Positions 46,276-60,290 of a stretch of 64,000 bases of DNA are shown here, piece by piece. The translations under genes were made by a program, and so were the position numbers. Each line of letters starts with the position of its first letter. The stretch's first letter is position 1. This stretch comes from Nannocystis pusilla (GTDB lineage: Bacteria > Myxococcota_A > Polyangia > Nannocystales > Nannocystaceae), in NCBI RefSeq assembly GCF_049060185.1, contig NZ_JBMEQO010000002.1; one strand, 5' to 3'. The notes beneath the pieces are model-generated. The model ran no database searches. It was not told the DNA's origin and saw only the letters and a list, made by a program, of their open reading frames with translations.

Positions 46276-48096
46276 TCAGCGCAGCGCGCCGGCTCGGCGC
46301 AGCGCCTCGCGAGCGAGGTGGTGCTGCGCCGGATCCCAATAAAGGAGGAGCGACTTCTGCAGCTTCTTCTCGCGCAGCTCTTTCGCCGTGTAGACCGGCT
46401 GGCGCGTGAACGGATCGCGACCCGTGTAGTACATGCAGGTCGCCATGCTCATCGGCGTGGGGATGAAGTCCTGCACCTGCCTGGGTCGTACGCCTCGCGC
46501 CTTCAGCCATAGCGCGAGATCGACCATGTCATCGAGCGTGCTGCCCGGGTGCCCAGAAATGAAGTAGGGCACCAGATGCTGATCTTTGCCCGCGGCCTCG
46601 CTCGCGCACGCGAACTGCTCGGCGAAGCGTTCGTAGCTGGCGACCCCGGGCTTCTTCATTTTGGCGAGCACGTCGTCCTTCACGTGCTCGGGCGCCACGG
46701 ACAATTGTCCGCCGGTGTGATGCGTGGCGAGCTCGCGGATGAACGCCGGAGATCGTTCTGCCAGGTCGTAGCGGACGCCCGAGGCGATGAACACGCGCCG
46801 CACGCCCTCGGACTTGCGCACCTTCTTCAGCAGGTCGACGAGCGGCCCGTGGTCCGTGTCGAGGTTCTCGCACACGCCCGGGTGGACGCACGACAGCTTG
46901 CGGCACGCGCTCTCGATCTGCTCGCTCTTGCAGCGCATGCGGTACATGTTGGCCGTCGGCCCGCCGACGTCCGAGATCACGCCGCGGAAGTCGTCCATGC
47001 GGCGCAGCGCCCGGATCTCCCGCAGCACGCTCTCGGCCGAACGCGACTGGATGATGCGGCCCTCGTGCTCGGTGATCGAGCAGAACGTGCAGCCGCCGAA
47101 GCAGCCGCGCATTGTCACGATCGAGTGCTTGACCGTCTCGAACGCCGGGATCTTGCTGCCCGCGTACGTCCAGTGCGGCCGGCGCACGAACGGCAGGTCG
47201 TACAGCGCGTCCATGTCGCGCATGTCGAGCGGGTGCGCCGGCGGGTTGCAGTAGAGCGCCCGGTCGCCGTGCGGCTGGACCAGCGGCCGCCCGTTGCCCG
47301 GGTTCGTCTCGTGCTGGAACGCCCGCGACATCTCGAGGAACGCGTCCTTGTCGGCGCTCGCCTCCTCGAAGCTGGGCAGGTGCAGCGGCAGCCCGTCGCG
47401 CACGTAGCGGCTCTTCGGCAGGTGCTCCCACTGGCCCTTGGGCAGCATCACCGCCGTGCCGCGGACGTCGCGGATCGTGCTGATGTCTTCGCCGGCCTTG
47501 AGGCGCCGCGCGACCTCCCACACCGGCCGCTCGCCCATGCCGAAGATCAGCAGGTCGGCCTTGCTGTCGACCAGCATGCTGCGGCGCACCTGGTCGCTCC
47601 AGTAGTCGTAGTGGGCGATCCGCCGCAGGCTCGCCTCGATGCCGCCGAGCACCACCGGCAGCCCCGGGAACGCCTGCCGGGCCAGGTTCGAGTAGACGAT
47701 GCTGGCGCGGTTCGGCCGCTGCTCGAGCGCGCCGTCGGGCGAGTATTGATCCTCGCCGCGGATCTTCTTCTGCGCCGTCAGCTTGTTGAGCATCGAGTCG
47801 AGGTTGCCGGCGGTGATGCCGACGAACAGCCGCGGCCGGCCCAGCCGCGAGATGTCCTTCGGGTCATCCCAGCGCGGCTGCGCGATCATCCCGACCCGCA
47901 GCCCGCGGCCCTCGAGGAACCGGCCGATCAGCGCCCCGCCGAACGCCGGGTGGTCGACGTACGCGTCGCCGTTGATGATGAGCACGTCGAGCTCGTCCCA
48001 GCCGCGCGCGTCCATCTCCTCGCGGGTCATCGGCAGGAACGCCCGCAGGTCCCGCGGCGGCGCCGTCTTGCTGGCCCTGAGCTGGACGAGCGACAT
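46276..48096 (-). CDS. ygiQ: YgiQ-family radical SAM protein (UPF0313)
   Basis: It reads FLPMTREEM..GWD..D.LIINGDAYVDHP.FG and the radical-SAM motif CFGGCTFC. The ORF is intact. Confidence 0.8.
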   Translation of the reverse strand: MSLVQLRASKTAPPRDLRAFLPMTREEMDARGWDELDVLIINGDAYVDHPAFGGALIGRFLEGRGLRVGMIAQPRWDDPKDISRLGRPRLFVGITAGNLDSMLNKLTAQKKIRGEDQYSPDGALEQRPNRASIVYSNLARQAFPGLPVVLGGIEASLRRIAHYDYWSDQVRRSMLVDSKADLLIFGMGERPVWEVARRLKAGEDISTIRDVRGTAVMLPKGQWEHLPKSRYVRDGLPLHLPSFEEASADKDAFLEMSRAFQHETNPGNGRPLVQPHGDRALYCNPPAHPLDMRDMDALYDLPFVRRPHWTYAGSKIPAFETVKHSIVTMRGCFGGCTFCSITEHEGRIIQSRSAESVLREIRALRRMDDFRGVISDVGGPTANMYRMRCKSEQIESACRKLSCVHPGVCENLDTDHGPLVDLLKKVRKSEGVRRVFIASGVRYDLAERSPAFIRELATHHTGGQLSVAPEHVKDDVLAKMKKPGVASYERFAEQFACASEAAGKDQHLVPYFISGHPGSTLDDMVDLALWLKARGVRPRQVQDFIPTPMSMATCMYYTGRDPFTRQPVYTAKELREKKLQKSLLLYWDPAQHHLAREALRRAGALR

Positions 48097-48202
48097 GCGG
48101 CGAACACTAGTCGATCCCGCGCCGGCGCGCCCGTGCCTGCGCGTGCGCCACCTCTTGCCCGCGGCTTGCGGCGCCCCCGCCTCTCTCCTATTAATGCCGG
48201 GC

Positions 48203-48974
48203 ATGACCGAGGCGCCCGCCCTCGCCGCTCGCGGCCTGACCTGCCGGCTCGCCGAGCGGTTCCTCTACGAGGCCCTCGACCTCGACCTCCGGCGCGGCCG
48301 GATCTGCGTCGTCGCCGGCCCCAACGGCGCCGGCAAGTCGACCCTCCTGCGCACCCTCGCCGGGCTCGACCGTCCGCAGGCCGGCCACGTCGAGCTGCTC
48401 GGCGACCGCCTCGCCGCCCTCTCGCCCGCCGCGCGCGCCCGCCGGCTGGCCTATTTGCCGCAGCACTGCCCCGTCGAGCCCGACCTCCACGTGCGGGAGG
48501 TCGTCCTCCTCGGCCGGCTGCCCAACCTCCCGCGCTTCGGTCCGCCGCGCGCCGCCGACGCCGACGCCGCCGAAGCCGCCCTCGCGCGCCTCGGCCTCGT
48601 CGCCTTCGCCGAGCGCCCGATCGGCCGGCTCAGCGGCGGCGAGCGCCAGCGCGTCATGCTCGCACGCATGCTCGCGGCCGAGGCCGCCGTCGTCATCCTC
48701 GACGAGCCGGCCGCCGGCCTCGACATCGGCCACGCCCTCGGCCTCTACCGCCACCTGCGGGCCCTCACGCGCGAGGGGTGGCGGTCCTCGTCGCCGAGCA
48801 CGACCTCGACCTCGCCCGCCGCCACGCCGACGACGCGGTCCTGCTCGCCGCCGGCCGCGCCCGCGTCGGCGCCTGCCCCGACGTGTTCAGCCCGCAGCAC
48901 CTCGGCGCGGCCTTCGGCGTCGTCGCCCACGAGCGAGACGGCCGCCTGTTCTTCGAGGCCCCGCCCGCGAGCTG
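48203..48974 (+). CDS. ABC transporter ATP-binding protein (FecE/HmuV-like, orphan); frameshift near 48780
   Basis: It reads GPNGAGKST, LSGGERQR and ILDEPAAGLD. It lies divergent from ygiQ. Confidence 0.75.
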
Positions 48975-48989
48975 ACGCCTCATCGCCTG

Positions 48990-49076
48990 CCCTCACAGAC
49001 AGGTACTCAGGAGCATGTTCGAGAGGACATGTCCTGGCGAGCATGTCTCCGAGAGCATGCCGCCGCGGACATGTCC
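48990..49076. repeat. Five tandem GRRCATGTYY elements between convergent genes
   Basis: The units are GAGCATGTTC, AGGACATGTCCTGGCG, GAGCATGTCTCCGAGAGCATGCC and CGGACATGTCC. Confidence 0.8.
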
Positions 49077-49894
49077 TCAGCGCGGCAGCAGCCCCGCCGC
49101 CTGCCCGCGCGCGCGCAGCTCGGCCAGCGCCGCCGCCCCTTCCGCGCCCATCTCGCGCGAGAACTCGTTGACGTACAGCGCGATGTGCTGCCGGCACACC
49201 TCGTCGCTCAGCTCCTGCGAGTGCGCCTTCACGAACGGCCACGCCGCGGCAGGGTCGTCCTCCGCCGCCGCGATCGAGCGGGCGATCCCTCCTCCACCGC
49301 CCGCAACTGCCCCGCGGGCAGCGAGCGGTGGGCCGCGATCACCCCGAGCGGCAGCGGCAGCCCCGTCGCCGCCTCCCACACCTCGCCGAGGTCCGCCACC
49401 TGCTGCAGCCCGTGGTCGCGGAACACGAACCGCGCCTCGTGGATCACCAGCCCCGCGTCGACCTCGCCCGCGGCCACCGCCGGCATGATGCGATCGAAGC
49501 GCATCGGCACCACGCTCACCGACGCCGGCGCGAAGCAGCGGAGCAGCAGGTGCGCCGTCGTGTACGCCCCCGGGATGGCGATCCTCCGCCCCGCCAGCGC
49601 CGCCAGCTCCGTCGCCTCGCGCGCGACCACCAGCGGCCCGCAGCCGCGGCCCAGCGCCGCGCCTGTCCGCAAGACCAGGTAGTCGCGCTCGACCCAGAAC
49701 AGCCCGTGCGCGCTCAGCTTGGTCACCGGCAGCGGCGCCTCGCCGGCCAGCGTGCGCTCGTTGAGCGCCTCGATGTCGGCCAGCCACGGCAGCGGCCGCA
49801 GCCCCGGCACGAACTCCGGCACGCGCACCAGCGCGTCGAACATCCACGTGTCGTTCGGACACGGCGAGAACCCGATCGGCAGCGGCTCGCTCAT
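49077..49894 (-). CDS. mqnD: 1,4-dihydroxy-6-naphthoate synthase (futalosine pathway MqnD); frameshift near 49270
   Basis: It reads MSEPLPIGFSPCPNDTWMFDAL, which is the MqnD N-terminal signature. Confidence 0.7.
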
Positions 49895-50537
49895 TCGTTC
49901 CCCCAGTTCGCGGCCTGCAGTCGCAGCAGCGCCGCCTGCACCCCGGCCACCGCGCGCGGCAGGTCCCACCCGCCCGCGGCGCGTCGGCCGGTTCGATTGC
50001 TCACGCAGCGCAGCTGCACCACGGCACCCCGAGCGCCCGGCAGGCCCACGCCACCGCCGCCCCCTCCATCGTCTCGACCGTGGCCTCCGTGCCGCTGGCC
50101 AGCGCACGCGAGCGAGCGTCCGTCCCGCTGCAGGTGCTGACCGTCGCCCCGCGCACCACCGGCGCCGCGAGCACTCGCGCCGCCGCGGCGGTGCGCCCCG
50201 CGTCGGCTTCGAACGGCCCGACCGACCCGAGCCCCAGCTGCGCCAGCGGCAGGAAGCCGTCGTCGACCGCGACCCCCTCGTCGCCCAGCCAGTCCTCGCC
50301 GACCAGGCACACGTCGCCGACGTCGAGCCTGCCTCCCGGGCCATGTCCTTCGGGATAGGCGCCGCAGACCCCGAACAGCAGCACCCACGCCGGCCGGCGC
50401 TCGATCAGCGCCTGCGTCATGCTCACCGCCGACGCCACCTTGCCGACGCCGAGGCGCAGCGCCGAGGGCAGCCCGCGGCCCTCGACCTCGGCGGCGCAGA
50501 CGAGCAGCGGCGCGGTCACGGCCACACGATAGCGCAC
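49891..50537 (-). CDS. mqnB: Futalosine hydrolase (MqnB, PNP/MTA nucleosidase fold); frameshift near 50010
   Basis: It reads RLGVGKVASA..TQ.LIE..P..VLLFGVCGAY and VQLRCVSN. Its stop abuts the mqnD ATG. Confidence 0.65.
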
Positions 50538-50624
50538 CTCGCCGCGCGTCCCACCGGTGACACCCCGACCGGTCTCACGCCGGAGGAATTCTTAAACACA
50601 CGAGCAATCGTCCGCGCCAACTAC

Positions 50625-50640
50625 TTACTCGCGCGAGTAA
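50625..50640. promoter_or_regulatory. Perfect 16-bp palindrome TTACTCGCGCGAGTAA in the 290-bp low-GC region upstream of the lipid locus
   Basis: The sequence is an exact inverted repeat. It lies about 190 bp upstream of the HAD-IB ATG. Confidence 0.4.
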
Positions 50641-50761
50641 ACATCTCGCCCGCTCGCGACCGACGCCGGCAAAGCCCCGTGAACCGACGCCAGGCCCCTC
50701 TGCGCTCGATCCTGCGAAGCCCCCTGCACGCGTAAAACGACGTGCGCAGCGGCCTTCGCAG

Positions 50762-50785
50762 GCATTCGCGGCGCCACGCGAATGC
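50762..50785. promoter_or_regulatory. Second inverted repeat GCATTCGCG-N6-CGCGAATGC about 47 bp upstream of the HAD-IB start
   Basis: It has exact 9-bp arms. Confidence 0.4.
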
Positions 50786-50831
50786 TTGTAACGCCGGCCT
50801 CGGGTGCGCTAACTAGGCCGCGAGCCTGGTC

Positions 50832-51510
50832 GATGACACAAACCAACACGGCAGCATTCGTCCGCGTCGAAGGCATCCTGCTCGCCCGCGGCGTGCTCAG
50901 CGCGGCGGCCTATCTGGCCGGCAACGCCAAGAAGTTCGGTGAGCGGGCCGTCCGCCTCGGCCTCGTCGGCCTCGCCGCCCCGGTCCACCGCCTGCTCGGA
51001 CAGACTGACCGCGCGCTGGCCCACCGCCTCGCCCACCTCGCCATCCGTGGCATGAGCCAGGACCGCGTCGAGGTCCTGTGCGAGGAGTACGCCGAGGATG
51101 TCCTGAAGGACACGATCCTCGATCAGGGCCTGGAGCTGCTCAAGCGCCTGCAGGCCGAGGGGCGGCGGGTCGTGCTGCTGTCGGACAGCATCGAGCCGAT
51201 CATGAAGCCGCTCGCGCGCCACCTCAAGCACTACGACGAGCTCGTCTACAACAAGATCGAGTTCGAGGACGGCGAGGCCACCGGCAAGCTGCTCGACCCG
51301 GTCATCGGTTCGAACGTCGGCGGCCGCTGGCTCGACGACTACGCCGCCGCCCACAACTTCGAGCTGTCGCGCTGCGCCGCCTACGGCGCCCACGGCCCGG
51401 ACATGCTGCTGCTCTCGCGCGTCGGCAAGCCGTGCGCCGTCAACCCCGACTTCGTCCTGCGCCGCAGCGCCAAGGACGCCGACTGGCCGATCATCGATTA
51501 TCGCGACTGA
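50832..51510 (+). CDS. HAD-IB family hydrolase (phosphoserine-phosphatase-like)
   Basis: It has an SDS-type motif (VVLLSDS) and a GD..D motif. Confidence 0.65.
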
Positions 51511-51538
51511 CCTTGGGGACAGGAACCGGAGGACACCC

Positions 51539-53223
51539 GTGAACACGCCGATCTCGATCAAGCACAGCTACGCCGGCCGCCATGTCCTGCTCACCGGGGT
51601 CACCGGCTTCCTCGGCAAGGTCTGGCTGGCGATGGTCCTGCAGTACGTGCCGGACGTCGGCAAGATCTACGTGCTCACGCGCAAGAAGGCGCTGCGCCCC
51701 GCCGCCGACCGGTTCGAGCGCCAGGTCCAGACCTCGCCGTGCTTCCGCCCGCTGCACGAGAAGTACGGCGCCGACATGAGCCGCTTCATCAGCGAGCGGA
51801 TCGAGGTCGTCTCCGGCGACGTCTCGCTGCCCGACATGGGCGTCGAGGACCCGGCCGTGCTGGCCCGCCTGCGCCGCGACATCGACCTCGTGATCAACTG
51901 CGCCGGCCTCGTCGACTTCGACCCCGACCTGCGCGAGGCCATGACGACCAACGTCGAGGGCGCCCGCAACGCCGCCAACTTCGTCGCCGCCTGCGACAAG
52001 GCGGTCCTGCTGCACATCTCGACCTGCTACGTCACGGGCAAGAAGAACGGCCTCATCCCCGAGGACATCCGCCCCGACCTCTCGCCCGCCGGCGACCCGT
52101 TCGACGTCGAGGTCGAGTGCGCCGAGGTCCAGGCCAGCATCGACGCCATCCTCGCCGAGCACGAGTCGCCGGAGATGGACAAGCGCGCCCACGACGACGC
52201 GGTCAAGCAGATCCGCGACAAGGGCGGCGACGAGAGCAACGCGATGCTGGTGCGCAACACCGCCCGCCGGATCAAGCGCAACCTCTTGAAGGACGCGATG
52301 GTCGCCGAGGGCCAGCGCCGCGCCGGCCGCTGGGGCTTCACCAACATCTACACGTACACCAAGAACATGGCCGAGGCGTGGATCGCCCGCCGCCTCGATC
52401 CCGGCCGGTGGAGCATGTTCCGCCCCGCCATCGTCGAGAGCTCCATGAGCTACCCGTTCCCCGGGTGGAACCAGGGCTTCAACACCTGCGGCCCGCTGAG
52501 CTACGCGCTCGGCAGCTGGTTCCGCCACCTGCCGTGCAAGCGGGCAACCCGTTCGACATCATCCCCGTCGACTACGTCTGCCGCGGCATGACCGTCGCCG
52601 GCGCCGCGCTGATGCGAGGCGAGCACGCGCCCGTGTATCAGTGCGGCAGCTCGGACCTCAACCTCCTCACCATCGACCGCGCCGTCGAGCTGGTCGCGCT
52701 GGCCCACCGCAAGCACCTGCGCACCCGCGGCGACACCACCCTCGACCGCGTCGTCAAGTCGCGCTGGGACGCGATCGCCGTCACGCCCGACCACCCGATG
52801 CGGATCGAGAACGTGCGCAAGATGACCGAGTCGGTCGACGAGTGGCTGCGCGACCCGCCGAAGGGCTGGCCGGAGTTCATCCGCCGCCGGCTCGGCGACC
52901 TCGTCGAGCACACCGAGGACGCGCTCGAGGCGATCGACAAGATCGAGCGCATGTGCGAGCTCTACCTGCCGTTCATCCACGACAACTACTTCGCGTTCGT
53001 CACCCGCAACCTGCTGCGGCACCCCGTCGTCGAGCCCGAGTGGGACTGCGACCCGCGCAGCATCGACTGGCGCCACTACTGGATCGACGTCCACATCCCC
53101 GGGCTGCGCAAGTGGTGCTTCCCGCTGTTCGAGAACAAGACCCCCGAGAGCTACGCCCCGCGCCACCCCTTCCGCTTGCGCTCGCCCGAGGCCGCGCCCG
53201 CGCCCCACGCCGAGGTCGTCTGA
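51539..53223 (+). CDS. Fatty acyl-CoA/ACP reductase (NAD_binding_4 plus FAR C-terminal domain); frameshift near 52530
   Basis: It reads VLLTGVTGFLGKV, YTYTKNMAE (YxxxK) and a sterile C-terminal domain. Confidence 0.75.
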
Positions 53224-53227
53224 CACC

Positions 53228-54372
<1,145 letters not shown>

Positions 54373-54382
54373 CCCTTCGAAC

Positions 54383-55863
54383 ATGTCCAAGAGCGCACCC
54401 GTCAAGAAGACCACCAGCAAGATCTGGGACAAGGTCAAGGACGTCGTCGACCCCGACCGCGCCCTCCAGGCCACCGTCGCCGCCGCCATCGAGGGCGTCG
54501 CCGTCCGCAACGTCCTCGGCATGGCGCCGGAGACGTGGAAGCCGGGCAAGCCGCTCAAGCTGCTGCTCGCCGGCTACGTCGGCACGCGCAACACCGGCGC
54601 CGACGTCCGCGTCGAGGAGATGATCCGCCAGCTGCGCCACGTCGTCGGCGACGACGAGCTCGAGCTGACGATCATGACCGTCGATCCCAAGTTGACGCGC
54701 GGCTACTTCCGCGCCGTCCACCAGATCGAGCTGCCGGCGGTGTTCCCCAAGTTCATCGCCACCGAGTGCCCGAAGCACCACGGCGTCATCGCTTGCGAGG
54801 GCTCGATGTTCAAGTCGAAGTTCTCGAGCGCGCTGACCTGCTTCATGGCCGGCGCGCTCGGCCTCGCCAACGCCGAGAACAAGGTCAGCGTCGGCTACGG
54901 CGCCGAGGCCGGCAACATGACCCCGGCGCTCCGCGACTTCGTGCGCGACGCCTGCAAGAAGTCGCTGGTCATCTGCCGCAACGAGCCCTCGCGCAAGGTC
55001 CTCGGCGAGCTCGGCATCCGCACCACCTCCGGGGCCGACACCGCCTGGACCTTCGACCCGGCGCCGCTGTCGCGCGGCGCCCAGCTCCTGCGCGACGCCG
55101 GCTGGGACGGCCGCCAGAAGGTCCTCGTCGTCTGCCCGATCAACCCGTTCTGGTGGCCGGTCAAGCCCGACCTGCTCAAGTACGCCGCCTACAAGCTCGG
55201 CGGGCAGTACAAGCACGAGCACTACAGCGCCTTCTACTTCCACCACCACAGCGAAGCGGCCGACAAGAAGTACAACGCGTATATCCAGGCCCTGGCCGAC
55301 GGCGTCAACGCCTTCGCCGCGGAGCGCGAGTTCTTCACCATCCTCGTCGGCATGGAGCAGCTCGACCGCCACGCCTGCGAGGACCTGCAGCCGCGCCTCG
55401 ATCGCGGCGGCGCGCTGTTCGTCAGCGACGAGCACGACATGTACGACCTCGTCAGCGTGCTGCGTAACTGCAGCATGATGGTGAGCTCGCGCTTCCACGC
55501 GATCGTCACCTCGATGCCCGGCCTCGTGCCCTCCGCCGGCGTCACCATGGACGAGCGGATCCGCAACCTCATGAACGACCGCGGCCACCCGGACATGTTC
55601 TTCGAGGTCGACGAGGAGGGCCTCGGCGAGAAGCTGCTGCACACCCTGCGTCGCCTGTGGCGCGACGCCGAGGGCATCAGCGCCGACATCGCCCGCGCCG
55701 TCCCGGCCCAGCTGAAGCTCATGGGTCAGATGGGCATCGACTTCATGGACGAGGTCGTCCGCGTCTACCCCGAGTTCCCGCGGCGCGACCTCCGCGCACC
55801 TGGGAAGCCCACCTGCCGCCGCTGCCGGCCAACGTGCAGCGCCTGCTGGAGCGCCACGCATGA
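54383..55863 (+). CDS. Polysaccharide pyruvyl-transferase-family protein; frameshift near 55800
   Basis: It is about 490 aa. The core reads VSSRFHAIVTSMPGLVPSAGV. The ATG sits inside GAACATGTCC. Confidence 0.55.
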
Positions 55864-57493
55864 GCGACAACTTCCTCGAAGTCATCCACGCCGCGGTCCA
55901 GAAGACCCGCGAGGATCAGCTCCTCATCGAGCTGCACGGCAAGGAGCGCCGGCCCACCTCGGCCGCGCAGCTGCTGCACCTCGTGGCCCACGCGCGCGGC
56001 TTTTTGCGCAGCCGCGGCGTCAAGCCGGGCGACCGCGTCGCCCTGCTCGCGCCCAACTCGGCCCGCTGGGTCGCCGCCGACCTCGCCATCCTGTTCGAGG
56101 GCGCGATCGTCGTCCCGCTCTACAGCCGCCAGGATCCCAAAGAGCTGGCGGTGATGGTCAAGGACTGCACGCCGGTGCTCGTCATCGCCGACGGCCCCGA
56201 GCTCGCCGCCGGCCTGCGCAACGCCTGGCCCGAGCACTCCCCGATCGAGGATCTGGCCGACGTCCTCCGCGGCGAGCCGGTGCACGAGCCGCCGCGCCCG
56301 GTCGCGCCGACCGACCCGGTCACCATCATCTACACCTCCGGCACCAGCGGCGAGCCCAAGGGCGTCGTCCTCACCCGCGCCAACGTCGACTACATGCTGC
56401 CGCAGACCCGCGGCAGCGTCGACCGCATCACCGGCGGCAAGCGGGCCGACAAGGTGTTCCACTTCCTGCCGTTCTGCTTCGCCGGCTCGCGCGTCATGCT
56501 GTGGACGCAGCTGTACCGCGGCAACCCGCTGCTGCTGTCGACCGACCTGCAGAACCTCGTCGCCGAGATGGGCGCCGCCGACCCGCACTACTACCTCAAC
56601 GTGCCGGCGGTGCTCGAGCGGATCAAGAACGGCGTCGGCAAGAAGATCGCGGAGCGCGGCGGCCTCGCCCTCGCGCTGTACGACCGCGGCCAGGCCGCCT
56701 TCCGCGCCGAGCGCGAGGGCAAGGCTGGCCTTTGGACAGGCTGACTCTGGCCGCCGCCAAGAAGCTGGTCTTCAGCAAGATCAAGCAGCAGATCGGCCCC
56801 AGCCTCGAGTTCCTGATCTGCGGCTCGGCGGCGCTGGCCGAGGAGACGCAGTGGTGGTTCGAGCTGGTCGGCGTGCAGGTCTATCAGGTCTACGGCCTGA
56901 CCGAGACCACCGCGATCGTCACCATGGACATCCCCGGCGGCGTGCGCCCCGGCTACGTCGGCCACGCCATCCAGGGCTGCGAGATCAAGATCTCCGACGA
57001 GGGTGAGCTGCTGGTGCGCGGCCCGGGCATCTTCGCCGGCTATTGGGGCCGCGAGCAGGCCACCGCCGAGGCGATAAGGGACGGCTGGTTCCACACCGGC
57101 GACCAGGGCGACCTCGACGCCACCGGCAACGTCCGCATCATCGGCCGCGTCAAGAACATCCTCGTCCCCGAGTCGGGCCACAACATCGCCCCCGAGCCGA
57201 TCGAGGAGAAGTTCCTCGCCGCCTGCCCCAAGGCCGAGCAGTGCATGCTGGTCGGCCACGCGCGGCCGTTCCTCGGCATCATCGTCCCCGGCGACGTGCC
57301 GAAGGACGCCATCGACGCCGCCCTCGAGGTCGTCAACGCCAGCGTCCCGCACTACAAGAAGGTCCGCGCCTTCATCCGCGTCGCCGAGCCGTTCACGATC
57401 GAGAACGGCCTCCTCACCGCCAACCAGAAGCTGCGCCGCCGCGCCGTCGAGCAGCGCTACCGCGCCGAGATCGACAAGGCCTACGCGTCATGA
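55860..57493 (+). CDS. Long-chain acyl-CoA synthetase / AMP-dependent ligase; frameshift near 56740
   Basis: It reads IIYTSGTSGEPKGV, YGLTETT and GW.HTGD. Confidence 0.8.
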
Positions 57494-58261
57494 TCGACTG
57501 GACCTACAGCGAAGGCGTGTACGAGCTGACCCTCGCCACGCCGCCGTGCAACGAGATCGGCACGACCATGCTCGCCGATCTGCGCCGCTTCCTCGACCAG
57601 ATCGATCGCGACGCGCACACGCTGATCCTGCGCAGCGGCCTGCGCCAGGGCTTCTGCGCCGGCGCCGACCTGCGCGAGCTCTACCGCGGCCTCTCCGACG
57701 CGCCGAAGGACCAGCACGGCCCGCAGATCCGCCAGTTCATCGACGCCATCCACGGCGTCATGGACGACCTCGACATGCTGCCGTTGACCACCGTCGGCGT
57801 CGTCCACGGCGTCTGCTTCGGCGGCGGCTTCGAGCTCGCGCTCACCTGCGACGTCCTGATCGCCGAGAAGACCGCGCGCTTCTGCTTCCCCGAGCTGCGC
57901 CTCGGCATCATCCCCGGCTTCGGCGGCATCCCGCGGCTGCGCCGCGACGTCGGCAACGGCCTCATCCGCGACCTCCTGCTCAGCGGCCGCAGCATCAACG
58001 CCAAGAAGGCGCTGGCGGCCGGCCTCGTCAGCCAGGTCCTCGCCAGCGGCGAGGGCATCACCGCCGCGCGCGCTCGCGGCCCAGACCGCCAAGTTCGACA
58101 AGACCGCGCGCGAGGCCGCCAAGGCCTTCATCAAGAAGCTCCCGAAGGACGAGTTGCTCGCCGAGCGCGAGCTGTTCGTCCGCCTCGCCGAGGGCCCGGC
58201 GCTGCTGGCCGCCCTCAAGCGCTTCGTCGAGTCCACCGACCTGAGACCGTACCTGCCATGA
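57490..58261 (+). CDS. Enoyl-CoA hydratase/isomerase (crotonase); frameshift near 58080
   Basis: It reads FCAGADL and VHGVCFGGGFELAL. ATGA overlaps lie at both ends. Confidence 0.75.
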
Positions 58262-58490
58262 GCACCTCCTCGACACCCTCATTCGTCTCGCCGCCAAGCG
58301 CTTCGGCGCCGACCCGGCCCAGCTCCGCGCCGAGGACGACCTGTTCGAGCGCCTCGGCATCGACAGCTTCCAGGCCGTCGAGCTCATCTCGGACGTCGAG
58401 GACGAGTTCGACGTCGAGCTGCCCGACTACGAGCTCCAGGGGATCAAGACCTTCGCCGCCCTGGCGCAGAAGATCGACGCGAGGCGCTAG
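58258..58490 (+). CDS. Acyl carrier protein; 1-nt indel right after the ATG
   Basis: It reads FERLGIDSFQAVELISDVEDEFDVELPD (DSL/F phosphopantetheine site). Confidence 0.65.
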
Positions 58491-60205
58491 ATGCTCGACC
58501 TGGGAAAGCTGTCCTGCCTCGGCGAGGCGCTGCGTGACGCCACCATCACGTACAAGAGCCGGACCGCGCTGATCGAGGCCGATCGCCACCGCGAGAACTC
58601 GCGCCACACCTTCGCCGAGCTGCGGGCGGCGGCCGAGCGGTTCGCCGCCGCCGTCCAGGCCCACGGCTTCGGCCCCGGCGATCGCTGCGCGATCGTCATG
58701 CAGAACCAGTCGAAGTGGCTGATCGGCGCCACCGGGGCCCTGTGGGCCGGCGCAGTGCTGGTCCCGATCGACTACAAGCTGACCGCGCCCGAGCAGCACG
58801 CCCTGCTCGCCCACTGCCGCCCGCGCGTCGTCCTCGCCGAGTGGCCGGCGTGGGACAAGCTGCAGCGCGAAGATCCCTCGATCTTCGAGCGCACCCTCGT
58901 CATCGTCACCGAGGCCCCCGAGGGCGCCGGCATCGGCCGCGCCGTGCGCTGGGAGGACCTGCCCCAAGGAGCAGGTTTCACCTACCACGCCCGCGCCCGC
59001 GAGGACGTCGCCTGCATCGTCTACTCCTCGGGCACCGGCGGGACCGCCAAGGGCTGCCAGCTCACCCACGGCAACTACCTCGCCCAGGCCGAGACCCTCG
59101 GCAACCTCTACCCGCTGAGCGAGGGCGATCGTTACTTCTCGATCCTCCCGACCAACCACGCCATCGACTTCATGTGCGGCTTCCTGCTCGCGCTGATGAT
59201 GGGCGGCGCGGTGGTCCACCAGCGCACCCTGCGGCCGGCTTACCTGGCCAGCACCATGAAGCGCTACGGCATCACCCACATGGCGCTGGTGCCGACGATC
59301 CTCAAGACCCTCGAGAAGAAGATCAAAGAGAAGATCGCCGAGCTGCCCAAGTGGCAGCGGCTCGTGCTCGATGGCCTGATGGACCTCAACGAGTACGCCA
59401 CCCGCCAGGCGCCCGACCACCGGCTCAGCAAGACCCTGCTCGCCCCGATCCACGAGTACTTCGGCGGCAAGCTGCGGCTGATGTTCTGCGGCGGCGCCTT
59501 CGTCGACCGCACGAGCGCCGAGTACTTCAACCGCCTCGGCCTGCCGGTCGCCATCGGCTACGGCCTCACCGAAGCCGGCACCGTCCTCACCGTCAACGAC
59601 CTCAAGCCGTTCCGCGGCGACAGCGTCGGCAAGGCGGTCGAGGGCACCGAGCTCGAGCTGCGCGACGTCAACGACGCCGGCGTCGGCGAGGTGTGGGTGC
59701 GCGGGCCCACGGTCATGCTCGGCTACCTCGACGCGCCCGAGCTGACGCGCGAGGCGATCGTCGACGGCTGGCTGCGCACCGGCGACCTCGGCAGCATCGA
59801 CGCCGCCGGTCACCTCAAGCTGTTCGGCCGCACCAAGAACATGATCGTCACCGAGGGCGGCAAGAACGTCTACCCCGAGGACATCGAGGCCGCCTTCGGC
59901 GACATCGACGACTGCGAGGAGTTCTGCGTGTTCGCGGCCAACTTCATCTGGCCGACCGGCAAGATGACCGACGAGCAGCTCATCGTCGTCGTGCGGCCCA
60001 AGTCGGGCCTCGACGAGGCCGGCCGCGCCGACCTCGTCGACGCCTTCCGCAAGCGCAACCTCCGGCTCGCCGACTACAAGCGGATCTCCGCCTACGTGCT
60101 GTGGGACCGCGAATTCCGCGCACCGCCTCGCAGAAGATCAAGCGCGACCCGCTCGCCCGCGAGCTCAAGCCGCTCGGCCGCGACGGCGCCCTGCGGGAGC
60201 TGTGA
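58491..60205 (+). CDS. AMP-dependent ligase (fatty acyl-AMP/CoA ligase); frameshift near 60120
   Basis: It reads IVYSSGTGGTAKGC, YGLTEAG and GWLRTGD. Confidence 0.8.
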
Positions 60206-60290
60206 ACCGCCGCGGGCTACCGCCGCTCACGCCCCATAACCGCGGCCATCCGCCCCTCCACGGCCCTCCGGGGCCTGATAGCATGCCCGC